Origin: Octopus bimaculoides
Lineage: Eukaryota
Direction of reading: 5' to 3'
Assembly (NCBI RefSeq): GCF_001194135.2
Contig: NC_068999.1
Span: forward strand, 21,009,741-21,073,740
DNA: 64,000 nt
Shown: positions 12,273 through 25,400 of the stretch, piece after piece
How the letters are laid out: each line of letters starts with the position of its first letter
Position numbering within the stretch: the first letter of the stretch is position 1
The notes under the pieces: generated by a model
The model's database searches: none
What the model saw: the letters and a program-made list of their open reading frames with translations, nothing else
What the model was told of the DNA's origin: nothing
Position numbers and translations under genes: made by a program

Positions 12273-13949
12273 ATGCATATCTATAGTTATGTATGCATGT
12301 ATGCATTTATGTATGTTTATATGCAGTTATATACACAAATATGCTTAAGTCTTGGCAACGCAATTCTTTATTTTGTTATATTCATTACAGCCAAGATCAT
12401 GACGGAGTACACTTATGTCTAAGTGAGTGGCCATACATTTATGAAGATATACATATATATGTGTGTGCGTGTGTATAGGGGACAGAAACAGAGAGAGAGA
12501 GTATGTGTGTGTATGTGTGTGTGTGTAAATGTATGCTTATATATTAATATATATCTACTTGCATCAAATCTACGATTGCATTTTATATGTGTGCTAAGTC
12601 AAAGATATACTTTGTAAACGTATGTGTGCAATTACCTTGTATAAAGTAGACTTAAACAACATATGCATAAATACTTCAGAAATATAAACACTTCGGAATC
12701 TATAAAATATGTCAATCCAAAAATAGGTATGCTTGCGCTGAGTAAGTTAAAAACGTTGTCGCGCTAAGCTATAATGCTGGCAAACAAAGAGAACGTCTAG
12801 ACAGAGTGATTAAAGAAATAAATGATTTTCTTACTTCAAAGATCACACTGTATTCAATATATTTGTCGCGATATATTGTATATATACTTTAATAATGAAA
12901 TTTACGAAGAATTAAAAGATCATTTTCTGTCTGGCTGCCACTTTTGAATTTCTTCAATTTTTCTGCCAAATTACATAATATCTGGCGTACTGGTGTAGTT
13001 TTGTAAAGTAGTTATTGACATGGATTTATTTTCACCATAAATCGATAAATAATGTGTTAATAGCTTTTAAAATTAGCCAATCCAAAGCCACAGACATATA
13101 TGTGACTGTTTCCATACCAACAAGGCAAGCTGTAAGGAAGTTGTTTACCACGTGCTCTTTTTGTCGCTTGATAAATGTATAAATCACATGCAGTATGAGA
13201 TGTTCCAAAAATATCAGCCAAACATGCCTTAAATCACGCACACCCATTTTTTTTGGTGGGGGGGGGGTAAGCATAATCGTACGAATTCGCAAACATTTTC
13301 TGAAAATTCCAGAAAATAAAAAAAATTATGAGGGCTTATACGGCCTGCATAAAACAGAACTCCGCCAATATTAGATCGTTTACAGTTGACAACATGTGCT
13401 GTCACGCACAAAATGACAGCTTTCTGTATTCTAACTGGGTAAAAAGTATCAAATTTAAACTAATGTAAGTTCTTTTTTTTTTTTTAGCTGTTCTGGAAAA
13501 AGTGAATAATCTCCTGCGATTCAGCGTGAACAATTACATCAATATACCAAATTTTAAAATTTTCACTAAACTTTAAAATTTCCACAGGTACATCCAAACA
13601 GGAAAGGTCCGAATTGAATGCCCCAAAGTCCAATCGAAGGATGCCTAAATAAAGGGTAATATGGTTGAAGTGCTAAAAATATAGAGAAGAAATATGGTTC
13701 CATGCAGTTACGGGAGAGAATCATGTGACACATTCTAGGGGTGATGAATGAGTAATACTTGTCAAATATTCCATTCATTTAAATTATGAAATCCCCAGCG
13801 CAATATTTGTGGCATTTTTTCTGTGTTACACATCGAAATTATATCGTGAAGGTCGTGATGACAGCATTAAATGAATGATTCACAAACCATTCTCTGTATA
13901 GAACACCAGTGAATAATCCATCTCAAGTGCTTTTTTTTTCCGTCCAAAG

Positions 13950-14298
13950 CAGGGGCTCTCAAACAATTATTAATTATGGACCCCTTTAATTACTATTTTT
14001 TTCTGGTGGATCCTCATAGCCTTTCGACGTTTAGTAACTTGTCTTATAGAAACATCTTTCAAAATTCCTATTTGGTTTTTCACACGTTAACTTGTGTAGG
14101 TTAAACTATGTAAAATGTTAGAGAAACAAACCCATCTTCTTCTTGCAATACATACCAATACATACTCTTAGATCAAAATTTTTTCAAAGGCCTTTCAAAT
14201 AGTGTCGGGGATCCCTTGATTCACTATTTTGTTATGTAGATCCCAAAAATCGTATATGGACCATCAGGGGCCATATGGATTCCGGTTGAGAACATGTG
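13950..14298. mobile_element. Old hAT/Charlie-like MITE
   Basis: Termini caggggctctcaaac / ggttgagaacatgtg (10/15 complementary), repeated subterminal GGA(C/T)CC motifs, degenerate 8-bp flanks gtccaaag / atctggag. Confidence 0.45.
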
Positions 14299-14925
14299 AT
14301 CTGGAGGAAAAAATACTAGTGGTGGTGGTGGTTGGTGTTGTAGCTGTTGAATAGTATTTGAAGAGAAAACATGATGGAGTTTTTCAAAACGTCTGTTAAT
14401 TAATTTAAATGCCACTTCAATTTGTTTCAGTTTGTTTTGAATCTGCTTCTCGAAGCGATTTCTTAAAATGTTGAACTGTACGTCTTACTATTAGGTTCCG
14501 GCATGATGTGCCTATGTTCTCTGTTTGGGCAAAACAGTACTATGAATTCATTAGAAAATCTATTTCATTCTCAGACTATTTTTGTTTAGATTTTGGTTGT
14601 TGAGTAGTCATCCTAGAGATTTTTATGGGTTTTTAAAAATATATTTGGTAATTATTGATTTACTCTTTGCATGAGCGTTCAGTTGTGCGGAAACGTAGGC
14701 AGCAATAGTGAAGAATTAGCGTAATGTGTATTTGTATTTGAAATAAATATTTACAGATGCTTTGAGATAAAATATGTATATTATAGTGCAAAACTTTTTG
14801 CTTTGATGAGGTAATTTGTAATTAAGAAAATTCTGAGTACTTAGATATTTGTGGGTAGAAATATATATGTTGATGTTGTTAAAATAGAAGCTAGGGGTTG
14901 GTTGGTCACAGGTGGCTGTGGTGCT

Positions 14926-14967
<42 letters not shown>

Positions 14968-15012
14968 TCTGTGTGTGTGCGTGCGTATGTGTGTGTGTGT
15001 TTGTATGTGTGT

Positions 15013-15043
<31 letters not shown>

Positions 15044-15054
15044 CGCGTGCGTGT

Positions 15055-15220
15055 GTGTCTCTGCTTGTCACTACCACTTCTCGACAACCAGTGTTGATGT
15101 GTTTATGTCCCCGTAACTGAGCGCATCGGCAAGAGACCAGAAGAGACAAACAAAATAAGTTCTGGGGTCGACTCGTTCAACTAAACTTCATCAAAGTAGT
15201 ACCCCAGCATGGCCACAGTA
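15055..15220 (+). mobile_element. SINE family B 3' half, degenerate
   Basis: gacaacc..gtgtttatgtccccgtaact..ggggtcgac..ccccagcatggccacag after a GT tract. Confidence 0.7.
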
Positions 15221-15881
15221 AGATAAGGGTTAGAAGGCCTTAAAGTATGTGTCTGTTCAATCAAAGTTAAACAGTAACATCAACGACAGCAACAAGTGAA
15301 TGCATCGACAAGTGTAGGTAGTTCATGATATATGTACTTATGCATTCCCACTTGCAAGGTTTTTTTTACAAGGGATCCCATGGATTTTAGTAACCTACAT
15401 GTCGAATGACGATGACGGACTTACTGCATTCGCTTCTATTGTATGATTTTTCAGGACTTATACCTGTCTATGACGAATCTCTTATGAACTTTCACTCTCA
15501 CTCCACCCCCACCCCTGGACATTCTTGCTTTCCCACTTTATTTATATAGCATTATTGTCCTTCCTGTGTAGATATGTTATAAATGATTTTGTGCTTAGCG
15601 ACTGCTTGTTCATAATTCATTTTATGATACATATCGTTGCTATTATGCAAAAGTGTCTAAGTCCGAAAAGTTGCTTATTCAGACAAAGAAAAACTATTTT
15701 CATCAATCCATAGCAAACCCGTTGTATTACACTTTGGCAATTTCTGTTATCTTGGCGTCTGAAGCAGCTGGAGATACGATAGTTTGATCAAAAGAACCGG
15801 CTATTGCAAGCAAAAATATACATTGAAACAAAGGCATTTGGCCAAATTTGGACATAAGACAGTTTTACATAATAGCAACGA

Positions 15882-15917
<36 letters not shown>

Positions 15918-17752
15918 CATATGTGTGCGTATGTGTGTGTGTATGCTTGTTTGTGTGTGTGTGTGTATAGTTGCATCTCGTGGGAATCATTACACCAAGA
16001 ATAAACTCACGCATGGTTGTATTTCACTTCTTTTGTATTATTGAACACGACACACAGCCCTATTCAAGCCACGCGTCTTCACTAAAAAAAAAAGAATATA
16101 TAAGAACAATCCTACGACGAGACCTGTAAGACGAACAGTGAAGGTGCCATAAGTGGTGAGGCGAAAGAGGTGCTTTTGGGACACGTTGTCACTCATTAGT
16201 TCATAAACTGCGAATTTAGAATTTCAATAAACTGAACGATTAACCAATTGATCAATTCTTTAACCATACAATTGACTACAAATTAAACAGAAATGAAACA
16301 CAACCAGTGTATGTGTCTTTATAAGCTATGTGACCATCGCAAACTACAGTAATACATTAACAAGTAAGTGCTGAGGAAACAAAACTCAGGCTGGCATCAA
16401 ATTGTAATTTTGCTTAAACGTATGCTTGTGTATATACGTATACGTCCATATGTGTGTACGCGTGTGTGTTTGTCTTCTTGCGTGTATTCATACATATGTG
16501 TGTGTGCGTGTGTGTGTATGTGTGTATTTATATATACATTTATATATGAATGCACACACATACATATACGCTCACATACACTCACACACACATTCATACA
16601 CAGAAACGTAACATATATTTCAGAGTGTATGTGTTTACACCAACAGTAGTATTTACATTTCGATTAGCATTTGTATATAATTAAAATACCACTTGATTTT
16701 AGTCATATCTTATTTCTAATTAGACTGACTAACTCTTGAATATTTATGAAGCAACTTATCAAATATTTCAATATTTGAAATTATTAAATGGTGGCGTCTC
16801 CAGTTCAAGTCCTATTATCAGGGGACTATCTGCGTTTCTGAATATTTTGTCAAAACTTTTGATGATGCCTCAAGTTTGTTGGTATTGTTACACTTAGCGT
16901 ATAATTACACATATATTAATTACTGAGACATTTAGTATATCATCATAGATGTCAGTACTACAAACATACATACATACAGACACACACACATATATTCTAC
17001 TCATCGTTTGACCATTATATATAACATCTATATAATCACCGAATTACGATACATCCTTAAGTTACTACTTAGCCTCAATAGAAACTTATCCCTTTTATTA
17101 TGTATTTCCCTCTTACGATTCCTTTCGTGCATTTCTCTTACCCACCACATCGTCATTTACCACTTTTCCATGCTTCCAATTCCTTCCCCATCTCCCCCTA
17201 GCTTCTTCTTCAACCAGTACCACTTACCATTAACTACCGCTTGCCTTTATTACTAATCTATCCCTCCTTGTCTCCCTCTCTATCCACCACTTTCTGTTTA
17301 CTCCTATACCTTCTTAAGTATATTCCCTCTGTCACCAACCCCCTTCATTCTTCGAATTCCCTCTTCACCATCCTAATGATACCTAAAACTAGTCTCTTCT
17401 CTCCAACTCAATACTGGCCCATTCCCTTTTTCACCGTACCAATTTCCCTTTCTCAGTTCATTAGCCCCTGCATTCACGACTATTAACATGCTGCCAAACC
17501 CAACAACGACTACCCTTCATAATACTGGAACTCACCTCCCGATTCTCCATTTCTACTTTTCTCAAAACCTTGATTACTCCCCCCCCCCTCTTCTTCATGT
17601 TCTGACTGTCCTATCCTTTTGTTCTTTCTTGCTTCAACACTCTCCACACTTTGCAGTCACATACTTCCCATTTTCACTTACTTCTATTGGCCTTCCTCTT
17701 CACCCATTCAACCTTTAAACTTTAGTGAATTATGATTTGAAATGTTAGATAC

Positions 17753-17849
17753 TTATCTCTCCACTTGAAGCTGGAAGTTGGATTTATGTAACGTTTATAT
17801 GCTTCCACTACTGGATGCATATCCTTTGCTGTTCGTTAACTACATCTGC
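17753..17849 (-). pseudogene. Degenerate exon (RCS*RTAKDMHPVVEAYKRYINPTSSFKWRD)
   Basis: Acceptor tcttaatgcag|, donor taa|gtatct. Phase 1-2 joins the next exon in frame; TAA at 17836-17838. Confidence 0.5.
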
Positions 17850-17908
17850 CTGCATTAAGATATAATTCTAAGCCCCCAGAAACAGTTGTTGGACCTGTAA
17901 TACCTTAC

Positions 17909-17947
17909 CTTCTCCCCTTAACCGCTGGTGTCTTTGTGTATGTATGC

Positions 17948-17980
<33 letters not shown>

Positions 17981-18085
17981 TGTATGTATGTATGGATGTA
18001 TGTATATGTATATATAGTGTTTTTAAAGACAGCTCTTCCATAAGGGATATCATCTTCGGAGAAATACTGCAGGGTAAATTTTTGC
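17909..18085 (-). pseudogene. Putative exon containing a (TACA)n microsatellite (KNLPCSISPKMISLMEELSLKTLY...QRHQRLRGE)
   Basis: Acceptor attgtgatag|, donor aag|gtaagg. 177 nt, phase 1-1, compatible with both neighbouring exons. Confidence 0.35.
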
Positions 18086-18363
18086 CTATCACAATATATT
18101 TACATTAAGTACGATACGTAAAGACTTATGTTTAGCAAGGTTACTTTACGTTATCATTTCAATTCTCACTGTAGTCAACTTCCTTAACTAAGAAGACTCT
18201 AGACAATAAAGTCTTCTATTGTGTTTTTAAAAAATTATTTGCATTTTACCCATTATAATAATCCATAACACATCGTGGAAATTTTCTTATAATGTGATGG
18301 ATATTAAACAATTGAAATTTGAGATTTATTAAACCTTAATGAGGATAAGATATCCTTGAATTG

Positions 18364-19894
18364 NNNNNNNNNNNNNNNNNNNNNNNNNNNNNNNNNNNNN
18401 NNNNNNNNNNNNNNNNNNNNNNNNNNNNNNNNNNNNNNNNNNNNNNNNNNNNNNNNNNNNNNNNNNNNNNNNNNNNNNNNNNNNNNNNNNNNNNNNNNNN
18501 NNNNNNNNNNNNNNNNNNNNNNNNNNNNNNNNNNNNNNNNNNNNNNNNNNNNNNNNNNNNNNNNNNNNNNNNNNNNNNNNNNNNNNNNNNNNNNNNNNNN
18601 NNNNNNNNNNNNNNNNNNNNNNNNNNNNNNNNNNNNNNNNNNNNNNNNNNNNNNNNNNNNNNNNNNNNNNNNNNNNNNNNNNNNNNNNNNNNNNNNNNNN
18701 NNNNNNNNNNNNNNNNNNNNNNNNNNNNNNNNNNNNNNNNNNNNNNNNNNNNNNNNNNNNNNNNNNNNNNNNNNNNNNNNNNNNNNNNNNNNNNNNNNNN
18801 NNNNNNNNNNNNNNNNNNNNNNNNNNNNNNNNNNNNNNNNNNNNNNNNNNNNNNNNNNNNNNNNNNNNNNNNNNNNNNNNNNNNNNNNNNNNNNNNNNNN
18901 NNNNNNNNNNNNNNNNNNNNNNNNNNNNNNNNNNNNNNNNNNNNNNNNNNNNNNNNNNNNNNNNNNNNNNNNNNNNNNNNNNNNNNNNNNNNNNNNNNNN
19001 NNNNNNNNNNNNNNNNNNNNNNNNNNNNNNNNNNNNNNNNNNNNNNNNNNNNNNNNNNNNNNNNNNNNNNNNNNNNNNNNNNNNNNNNNNNNNNNNNNNN
19101 NNNNNNNNNNNNNNNNNNNNNNNNNNNNNNNNNNNNNNNNNNNNNNNNNNNNNNNNNNNNNNNNNNNNNNNNNNNNNNNNNNNNNNNNNNNNNTGTATGT
19201 ATGTATGTATGTATATATGTATGTATATATGTATTATGTATGTATGTATGTGTGTATGTATGTATGTGTGTATGTATGTATGTATCTATGTATGTATGTG
19301 TGTATATACATACCTAAGGGTGCAAGATAGCACCTGCAATTGCTAGAAATAAGAGCTAAAAAACATAACTCGAATAGCGACACAAAATCACCAAGCTCAT
19401 GAGATATACAAGGAGTTCGAGCGGCAAGCCACATCTTTCTTCAGCGAGATAAACTCACCGAATGAAGTAGTTTGATAAAACCCTATCACGGGATTTCGAA
19501 ATATAACCAACATGCTGTTGTTTCTCCACAAGGGTTCATACAATTTACTCAGGTCTGAAGAGATAGCTTGCTTCACATTTGCTCATGAGAGAAAAGAACT
19601 GTTGAACAGCGAGCGCTAAAATTCAAAACCGTTAAAATGTATATAATACAATGGTAAATTAATATATTATGATATATTAAATACATTATAATATAGGTCA
19701 ATATAACAATTAAAGCCAAAAAGGTTGATGATTTTTGTGTGACTATTCCACTTATATTTTTAAGCTCTTATTTCTAACAATTGCACGTGCTATTTTGCAC
19801 CCCTATTTATGAATCTTGTCTTTTTGGTTTTCATTGCTATAGTCACCTATATTATAATGTATATATCATAACATATTAATTTACTCTCATATCT

Positions 19895-19944
<50 letters not shown>

Positions 19945-20901
19945 NNNNNNNNNNNNNNNNNNNNNNNNNNNNNNNNNNNNNNNNNNNNNNNNNNNNNNNN
20001 NNNNNNNNNNNNNNNNNNNNNNNNNNNNNNNNNNNNNNNNNNNNNNNNNNNNNNNNNNNNNNNNNNNNNNNNNNNNNNNNNNNNNNNNNNNNNNNNNNNN
20101 NNNNNNNNNNNNNNNNNNNNNNNNNNNNNNNNNNNNNNNNNNNNNNNNNNNNNNNNNNNNNNNNNNNNNNNNNNNNNNNNNNNNNNNNNNNNNNNNNNNN
20201 NNNNNNNNNNNNNNNNNNNNNNNNNNNNNNNNNNNNNNNNNNNNNNNNNNNNNNNNNNNNNNNNNNNNNNNNNNNNNNNNNNNNNNNNNNNNNNNNNNNN
20301 NNNNNNNNNNNNNNNNNNNNNNNNNNNNNNNNNNNNNNNNNNNNNNNNNNNNNNNNNNNNNNNNNNNNNNNNNNNNNNNNNNNNNNNNNNNNNNNNNNNN
20401 NNNNNNNNNNNNNNNNNNNNNNNNNNNNNNNNNNNNNNNNNNNNNNNNNNNNNNNNNNNNNNNNNNNNNNNNNNNNNNNNNNNNNNNNNNNNNNNNNNNN
20501 NNNNNNNNNNNNNNNNNNNNNNNNNNNNNNNNNNNNNNNNNNNNNNNNNNNNNNNNNNNNNNNNNNNNNNNNNNNNNNNNNNNNNNNNNNNNNNNNNNNN
20601 NNNNNNNNNNNNNNNNNNNNNNNNNNNNNNNNNNNNNNNNNNNNNNNNNNNNNNNNNNNNNNNNNNNNNNNNNNNNNNNNNNNNNNNNNNNNNNNNNNNN
20701 NNNNNNNNNNNNNNNNNNNNNNNNNNNNNNNNNNNNNNNNNNNNNNNNNNNNNNNNNNNNNNNNNNNNNNNNNNNNNNNNNNNNNNNNNNNNNNNNNNNN
20801 NNNNNNNNNNNNNNNNNNNNNNNNNNNNNNNNNNNNNNNNNNNNNNNNNNNNNNNNNNNNNNNNNNNNNNNNNNNNNNNNNNNNNNNNNNNNNNNNNNNN
20901 N
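18364..20901. other. Assembly gaps (N runs at ~18.4-19.2 kb and ~19.9-20.9 kb; others near 3.1, 5.5, 30.7, 32.7, 43.5, 49.3, 51.5, 55.6 and 62.6 kb)
   Basis: N characters, mostly flanked by (TA)n. Further exons could be hidden in these gaps. Confidence 0.99.
19459..19615 (-). pseudogene. Degenerate exon (RSLFNSSFLS*ANVKQAISSDLSKLYEPLWRNNSMLVIFRNPVIGFYQTTSF)
   Basis: Acceptor ttttgaattttag|, donor tcg|gtgagt. 157 nt, phase 0-1, single TGA (19583-19585). Confidence 0.6.
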
Positions 20902-20902
20902 N

Positions 20903-20954
<52 letters not shown>

Positions 20955-21057
20955 TGTATATATGAATATGTACACACACATATATCTATACACGAGTAAG
21001 CACATAAATGCACAAGATGTGTGTGTGTGTGTGTGTGTGTGTTTGTGTGTATTAGTG

Positions 21058-21058
<1 letters not shown>

Positions 21059-21125
<67 letters not shown>
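21059..21125. repeat. (GATA)n microsatellite
   Basis: Directly visible; similar arrays at ~33135-33215, ~40695-40770 and ~43315-43400. Confidence 0.97.
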
Positions 21126-21127
<2 letters not shown>

Positions 21128-21256
21128 GTAGGTAGATATGCCCTATTCTGTTACCTGACCAAGTGCACACTTTAGCTTAGAGAAGCGCTGGAACGAACCT
21201 TCAGATCGGAAAACACAAATGAACTCTGTTATATGTATTGAGTATGTTATTCCCCT

Positions 21257-21295
<39 letters not shown>

Positions 21296-21964
21296 CTACA
21301 CGCACACACTCACATACTACGCAACAAATATACTCACATATCTTTTACGAAATTTAAATTACATTTAGAAGAATACATAATTAAAACATAGCTGATTTGT
21401 AATTAGAGTTCATTCCTTGGATATTCATGGAGCAAATATTTCAATTTTGAAATAGATGAAATGATGAGGTTAATGCATCAAGTTTAATTTCCATGGGATT
21501 ATCTGAATTCCTAAATATTTTGCGATAAAACTGTTGATGAATTTCGAAGCGTATTTCAAATTTAAATTATAGCAGGCATAAAAATTGACAGCCAACATTA
21601 GAAGTAATTATACTTCGAAGTAAACACATAATTAGCTCAATAAGTAATATTATTTTAATAATTTCAGTAAATGAGGGAGACATCTACCAATATGTACCTG
21701 TCGTATAAGCCCTTTTCAGTGAACCACGGACTTCATTCTACTTGTAGAAAAAGCGGTGAGAGAATCAGGCAAGTTAATACAATGACATTTATTATAAAAG
21801 TATAAATATGTTGTTTATATGACACATAGTATATCAATATAAACACAATACTAATGTCATATTTCATATACCTATAGGACAACACATTGTGACGTTTAGT
21901 ATTCTGTTATAAATACATTCGTATCGTGAAGTTAATATTATATATTATTATTATTCATATATAC

Positions 21965-22291
21965 ACAGTAGATTAGACTGTTTGAAAAGAAAAATTCCTA
22001 ACATTGGGCTACAAGTAACATTAGATGCCAAGAAGTCTCCTAACTACCCTAGCTATCCCTAATAACATTGTTTTCTGGAGCTGTACTAAACTGTGTTTTA
22101 AGACCTATTTGCTATACTCATCTGTTCAAATCTTTAGGAATAGTTCCTAATGCACGTATAACTACTGGGATACATTTTACTCGCACTTTTCGTAGCCTCT
22201 GTAATTCAATGGCCTGGACCTGGTACATTGCTATTTTTTCTATATCTCTCATATCGATTTTTTAATCATCTGAGACTATGAAGTTAATTAT

Positions 22292-22345
<54 letters not shown>

Positions 22346-24460
22346 TCCTTCTTTTAATGATTTTAATGTCTGGTCATCTGTTAATTGGATTCCTTCACTG
22401 TTGATTGTGAACTGTCCCCTTCACTCTTGACACTGTTGACCTATCCCCTTTTCATGACTAATATTTCACATTTATCTATGCCAAATTCCATGCCTATATC
22501 TTTGTTGAAGCGTCTTATTAATGAATCTATCTCTTTTTCATTCTTACTAAAAAGCTTCAGATCATCCATGTAGAACAAATGGTAAATTTTTCCCTTACTA
22601 TTTCTAAACTGATATCCTGCCTTTGGCTTCCTTAATACTAAACTCAGGGGGATCAAACTTAAGACAAATATTAAATGGGATAACGTGTCTCCTTGTAACT
22701 TCCTCTCTTGATATTAACATTCCCTAATTGTATGTCACCTTAGATCTACTTTCTATTTCTTCATCCTAAAGCTAATTAATTCTTTTGTGTTCTCTGCTAC
22801 ACTGAAGATACTCAAACATTCACTTATCCATAAGTGTGGGATCATGTCATAAGCTTTCCTATAATATATGCATGCTATTATTAGATTTTTCTTTCTAGCT
22901 TTTACTTCATTTAAAATTGCTCTGTCTATGTATAATGCATCATGAGGTCCTCTAGCCTTCTTCCGGCAACCTTTTTTTCTTCTGGCAGTAAATTCTGGTT
23001 ATCAAGGTTTTCGTAAATGCTTTCTGAAGGCATTCCTGTTAACAGCTTCCACGGTAATGGTAAGCAAGTGGTTTGCCTATAGGTGTTAGCTGTATCACCC
23101 TTACTCTTATCTTTTGTAATCAGTGTTGTCCTCCCGCTATTCATCCAGTCTGGTATTATTCGTCCATTAAGGCGATTCTGAAGTCGTTCTCCCCGGCCTC
23201 CCGTGTTAACTACTAAATTTCTTTAGCCAATACCCTAGAACTAAACCTGATTGTTTCTCACTCACTATTTCTTCCTCACTTTCTTTAACCATATTGTAGC
23301 TCCATTATAATTGACTGGTTCATCCCAAATATTACTCCAGAACTTTCAAGGTTGTTCTGCATTAAGTTTCTCCTCTCCTCTGTCTCAAATAAAATATTCT
23401 GTTGATACTGATCTACTCTTTTCTGATATCTGGAAAGCTTACCTGCTGCTATGATACACTGTTTCAACTCTGTTATTACTGTCCCAAATCCTTTCTCTTT
23501 GACTTAATATCTTTTCTCAAGGGAAGATTTGCATCTTGCGTTTCCTAACTTGTTCAGTTTCCAGGCTTCTATTCTACTCAGAACTTGTCTTAAAGTCTTC
23601 ACTTTATTTTGTAGTGTCCTTTTCTACATTTGCTTTATTTAATCCTTCCAGGTGAGATATCTAATCTTCTAGTGACTACTACCCCTCCTGGTTAGATCAA
23701 CACGTTAGTATCTCATATATTTTAGTATCTATCCTACTGATAACATAATCTACTTTCCTAGTCATTTCTAGCAGCTTCCTTCTGCTGTTATCTTTTAATG
23801 TTGGCAATCTTTTTCTCACTTTATTCATTACTTCCTGCAACTCATCTAAAATCTTGTGGTCTTCCTCATTTAAATCACTTACGTCGCTGGAGCCAGGTGT
23901 CTGTTCTTTATTGGTAGCGCTATTATTAGTTTTTACTTTAGATTCTTCTTTGGTTTGAGCTATGTCTCTTATGTTGTTGTTTGTCTATCCTATTGTCTGG
24001 TCTTTCTTTTCCAGTTCTCTTGTGATCTCTTCTACTTCCAATTCTGTCATCAACTTTCTTCCCCTAATAGCATTAGCTTGATCTGCTAACCTCTGCTCAC
24101 TTTAAACACACCCTTCTCTACCCAAAGTGTTAACATCTGTTTTATATAGCCCCTTCTTTTAGGTTCACTTTCTAAGTAGCACAACATCACTCTCCTGTTT
24201 TCTTCGCTGATCCACTTCCTCCTCCTTACTCTGTTATCTGCCGATGCTGTATTAGGATGACAGCTGTGGCCAATTTGTATCTTTACTGAACCACTGCCGA
24301 GCGATAGGCCTTCCTTTATAAGTCCAGCTTCATTTTCGCTGTTACAACTAGAGTTACTTCGGAAACTCTTGTCTCTCATAAACTTAGTTAAGATAACGTT
24401 CGTCACCAACGTCATGAACACTATTATATTTTGACCTCTGATAGTTTCAAGCAACTTTCT
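21965..24460 (-). mobile_element. Near full-length but decayed R4/Dong-clade LINE with an internal deletion
   Basis: N-terminal Myb-like RRKWISEENRRVMLCYLESEP..GY; RT motifs GRTTLITKD..CLPLPWKLLTG and HLFYMDDLKLF; restriction-like endonuclease tail IPVVIRALGTIPK; 3' UTR ending in (TAA)n. Confidence 0.9.
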
Positions 24461-24898
24461 GCTGCATCATTTGTTGCACCCCTGTGCTGGTAGGGCGGTG
24501 TATTCTGTATTTGTTTTTTTGTGGGTGATATTCTATTGCATCAGTATATTTTGTCACGGGTTCGGAATGAATCTTTTGTTGTATTAGCTTTTATATTGTG
24601 TGTTGTTTGTGCAGCACAGATTATGTTCTTCTGTCGGGTATCGGCCTTCTATGGCACATGCTGTGGGCTTTGATAATTTTGTTGAGTATTTATGGTATGA
24701 GTTTATTCCAGTATGTTTTGGAGGAGTGTTGCATAGTAATGTGTGTAAATCATAAATCAACAATTTCATAGTAATTATGGTTATCTGCCCTCCATTCTTT
24801 TTCTTTCGGTTAGCTTTGTTATGGGTTCGTTTTTACAACGTTTACTTTCTTAATTGAACACCGCCCATGGACATGTGTTGATTTTTCTTTCGTAGTTA

Positions 24899-24947
<49 letters not shown>

Positions 24948-24949
<2 letters not shown>

Positions 24950-25400
24950 CAACATATTATATCAGTATCACCATATCCATACATCGACCACACTATCAGA
25001 TGTTGGTATAAAACTCTTTATTGACTGTGTCATCCTTTTCCATCTTGGTTCGAATCGTTTAACTAAATCGTCTTTCCATCTTCGTGGAGGATTTTCAAAT
25101 GATCTTTCCCGACCCCTTGGTACCACTTGGCAACTACACGGATCCACTTGCTGTTCCGCGTTGCAGCATGTTCGGCCCAATGAATCCGTACTTTCGGTAT
25201 TCTGCGATCACATCATCCACACCGCTCTGTTCACGAATTACTTCGTTTGGAACATAATCGTAAATGACATTCCTGAAACACATCACTCCATGGCCCTTAA
25301 CGACGTAGTCAATCGACGTTCTTCCTTTTTTGTAGTAGCCTATAGCAATATAAATATGTAGATATTGCGACTTACAGTACATCACCACAGACATGCTAGT
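24948..25400 (-). mobile_element. RTE-clade LINE 3' fragment with a (TAA)n tail (24901-24947)
   Basis: VPNEVIREQSGVDDVIAEYRK...VPRGRERSFENPPRRWKDDLVKRF..W, the RTE ORF C-terminal signature. Confidence 0.8.

Noticed and set aside
17050-17720. Long pyrimidine-skewed tract (and the purine-skewed tract at 63530-63740) as special structural elements
   Set aside because: Low-complexity skew without mirror symmetry or coding signal; no specific function can be supported.
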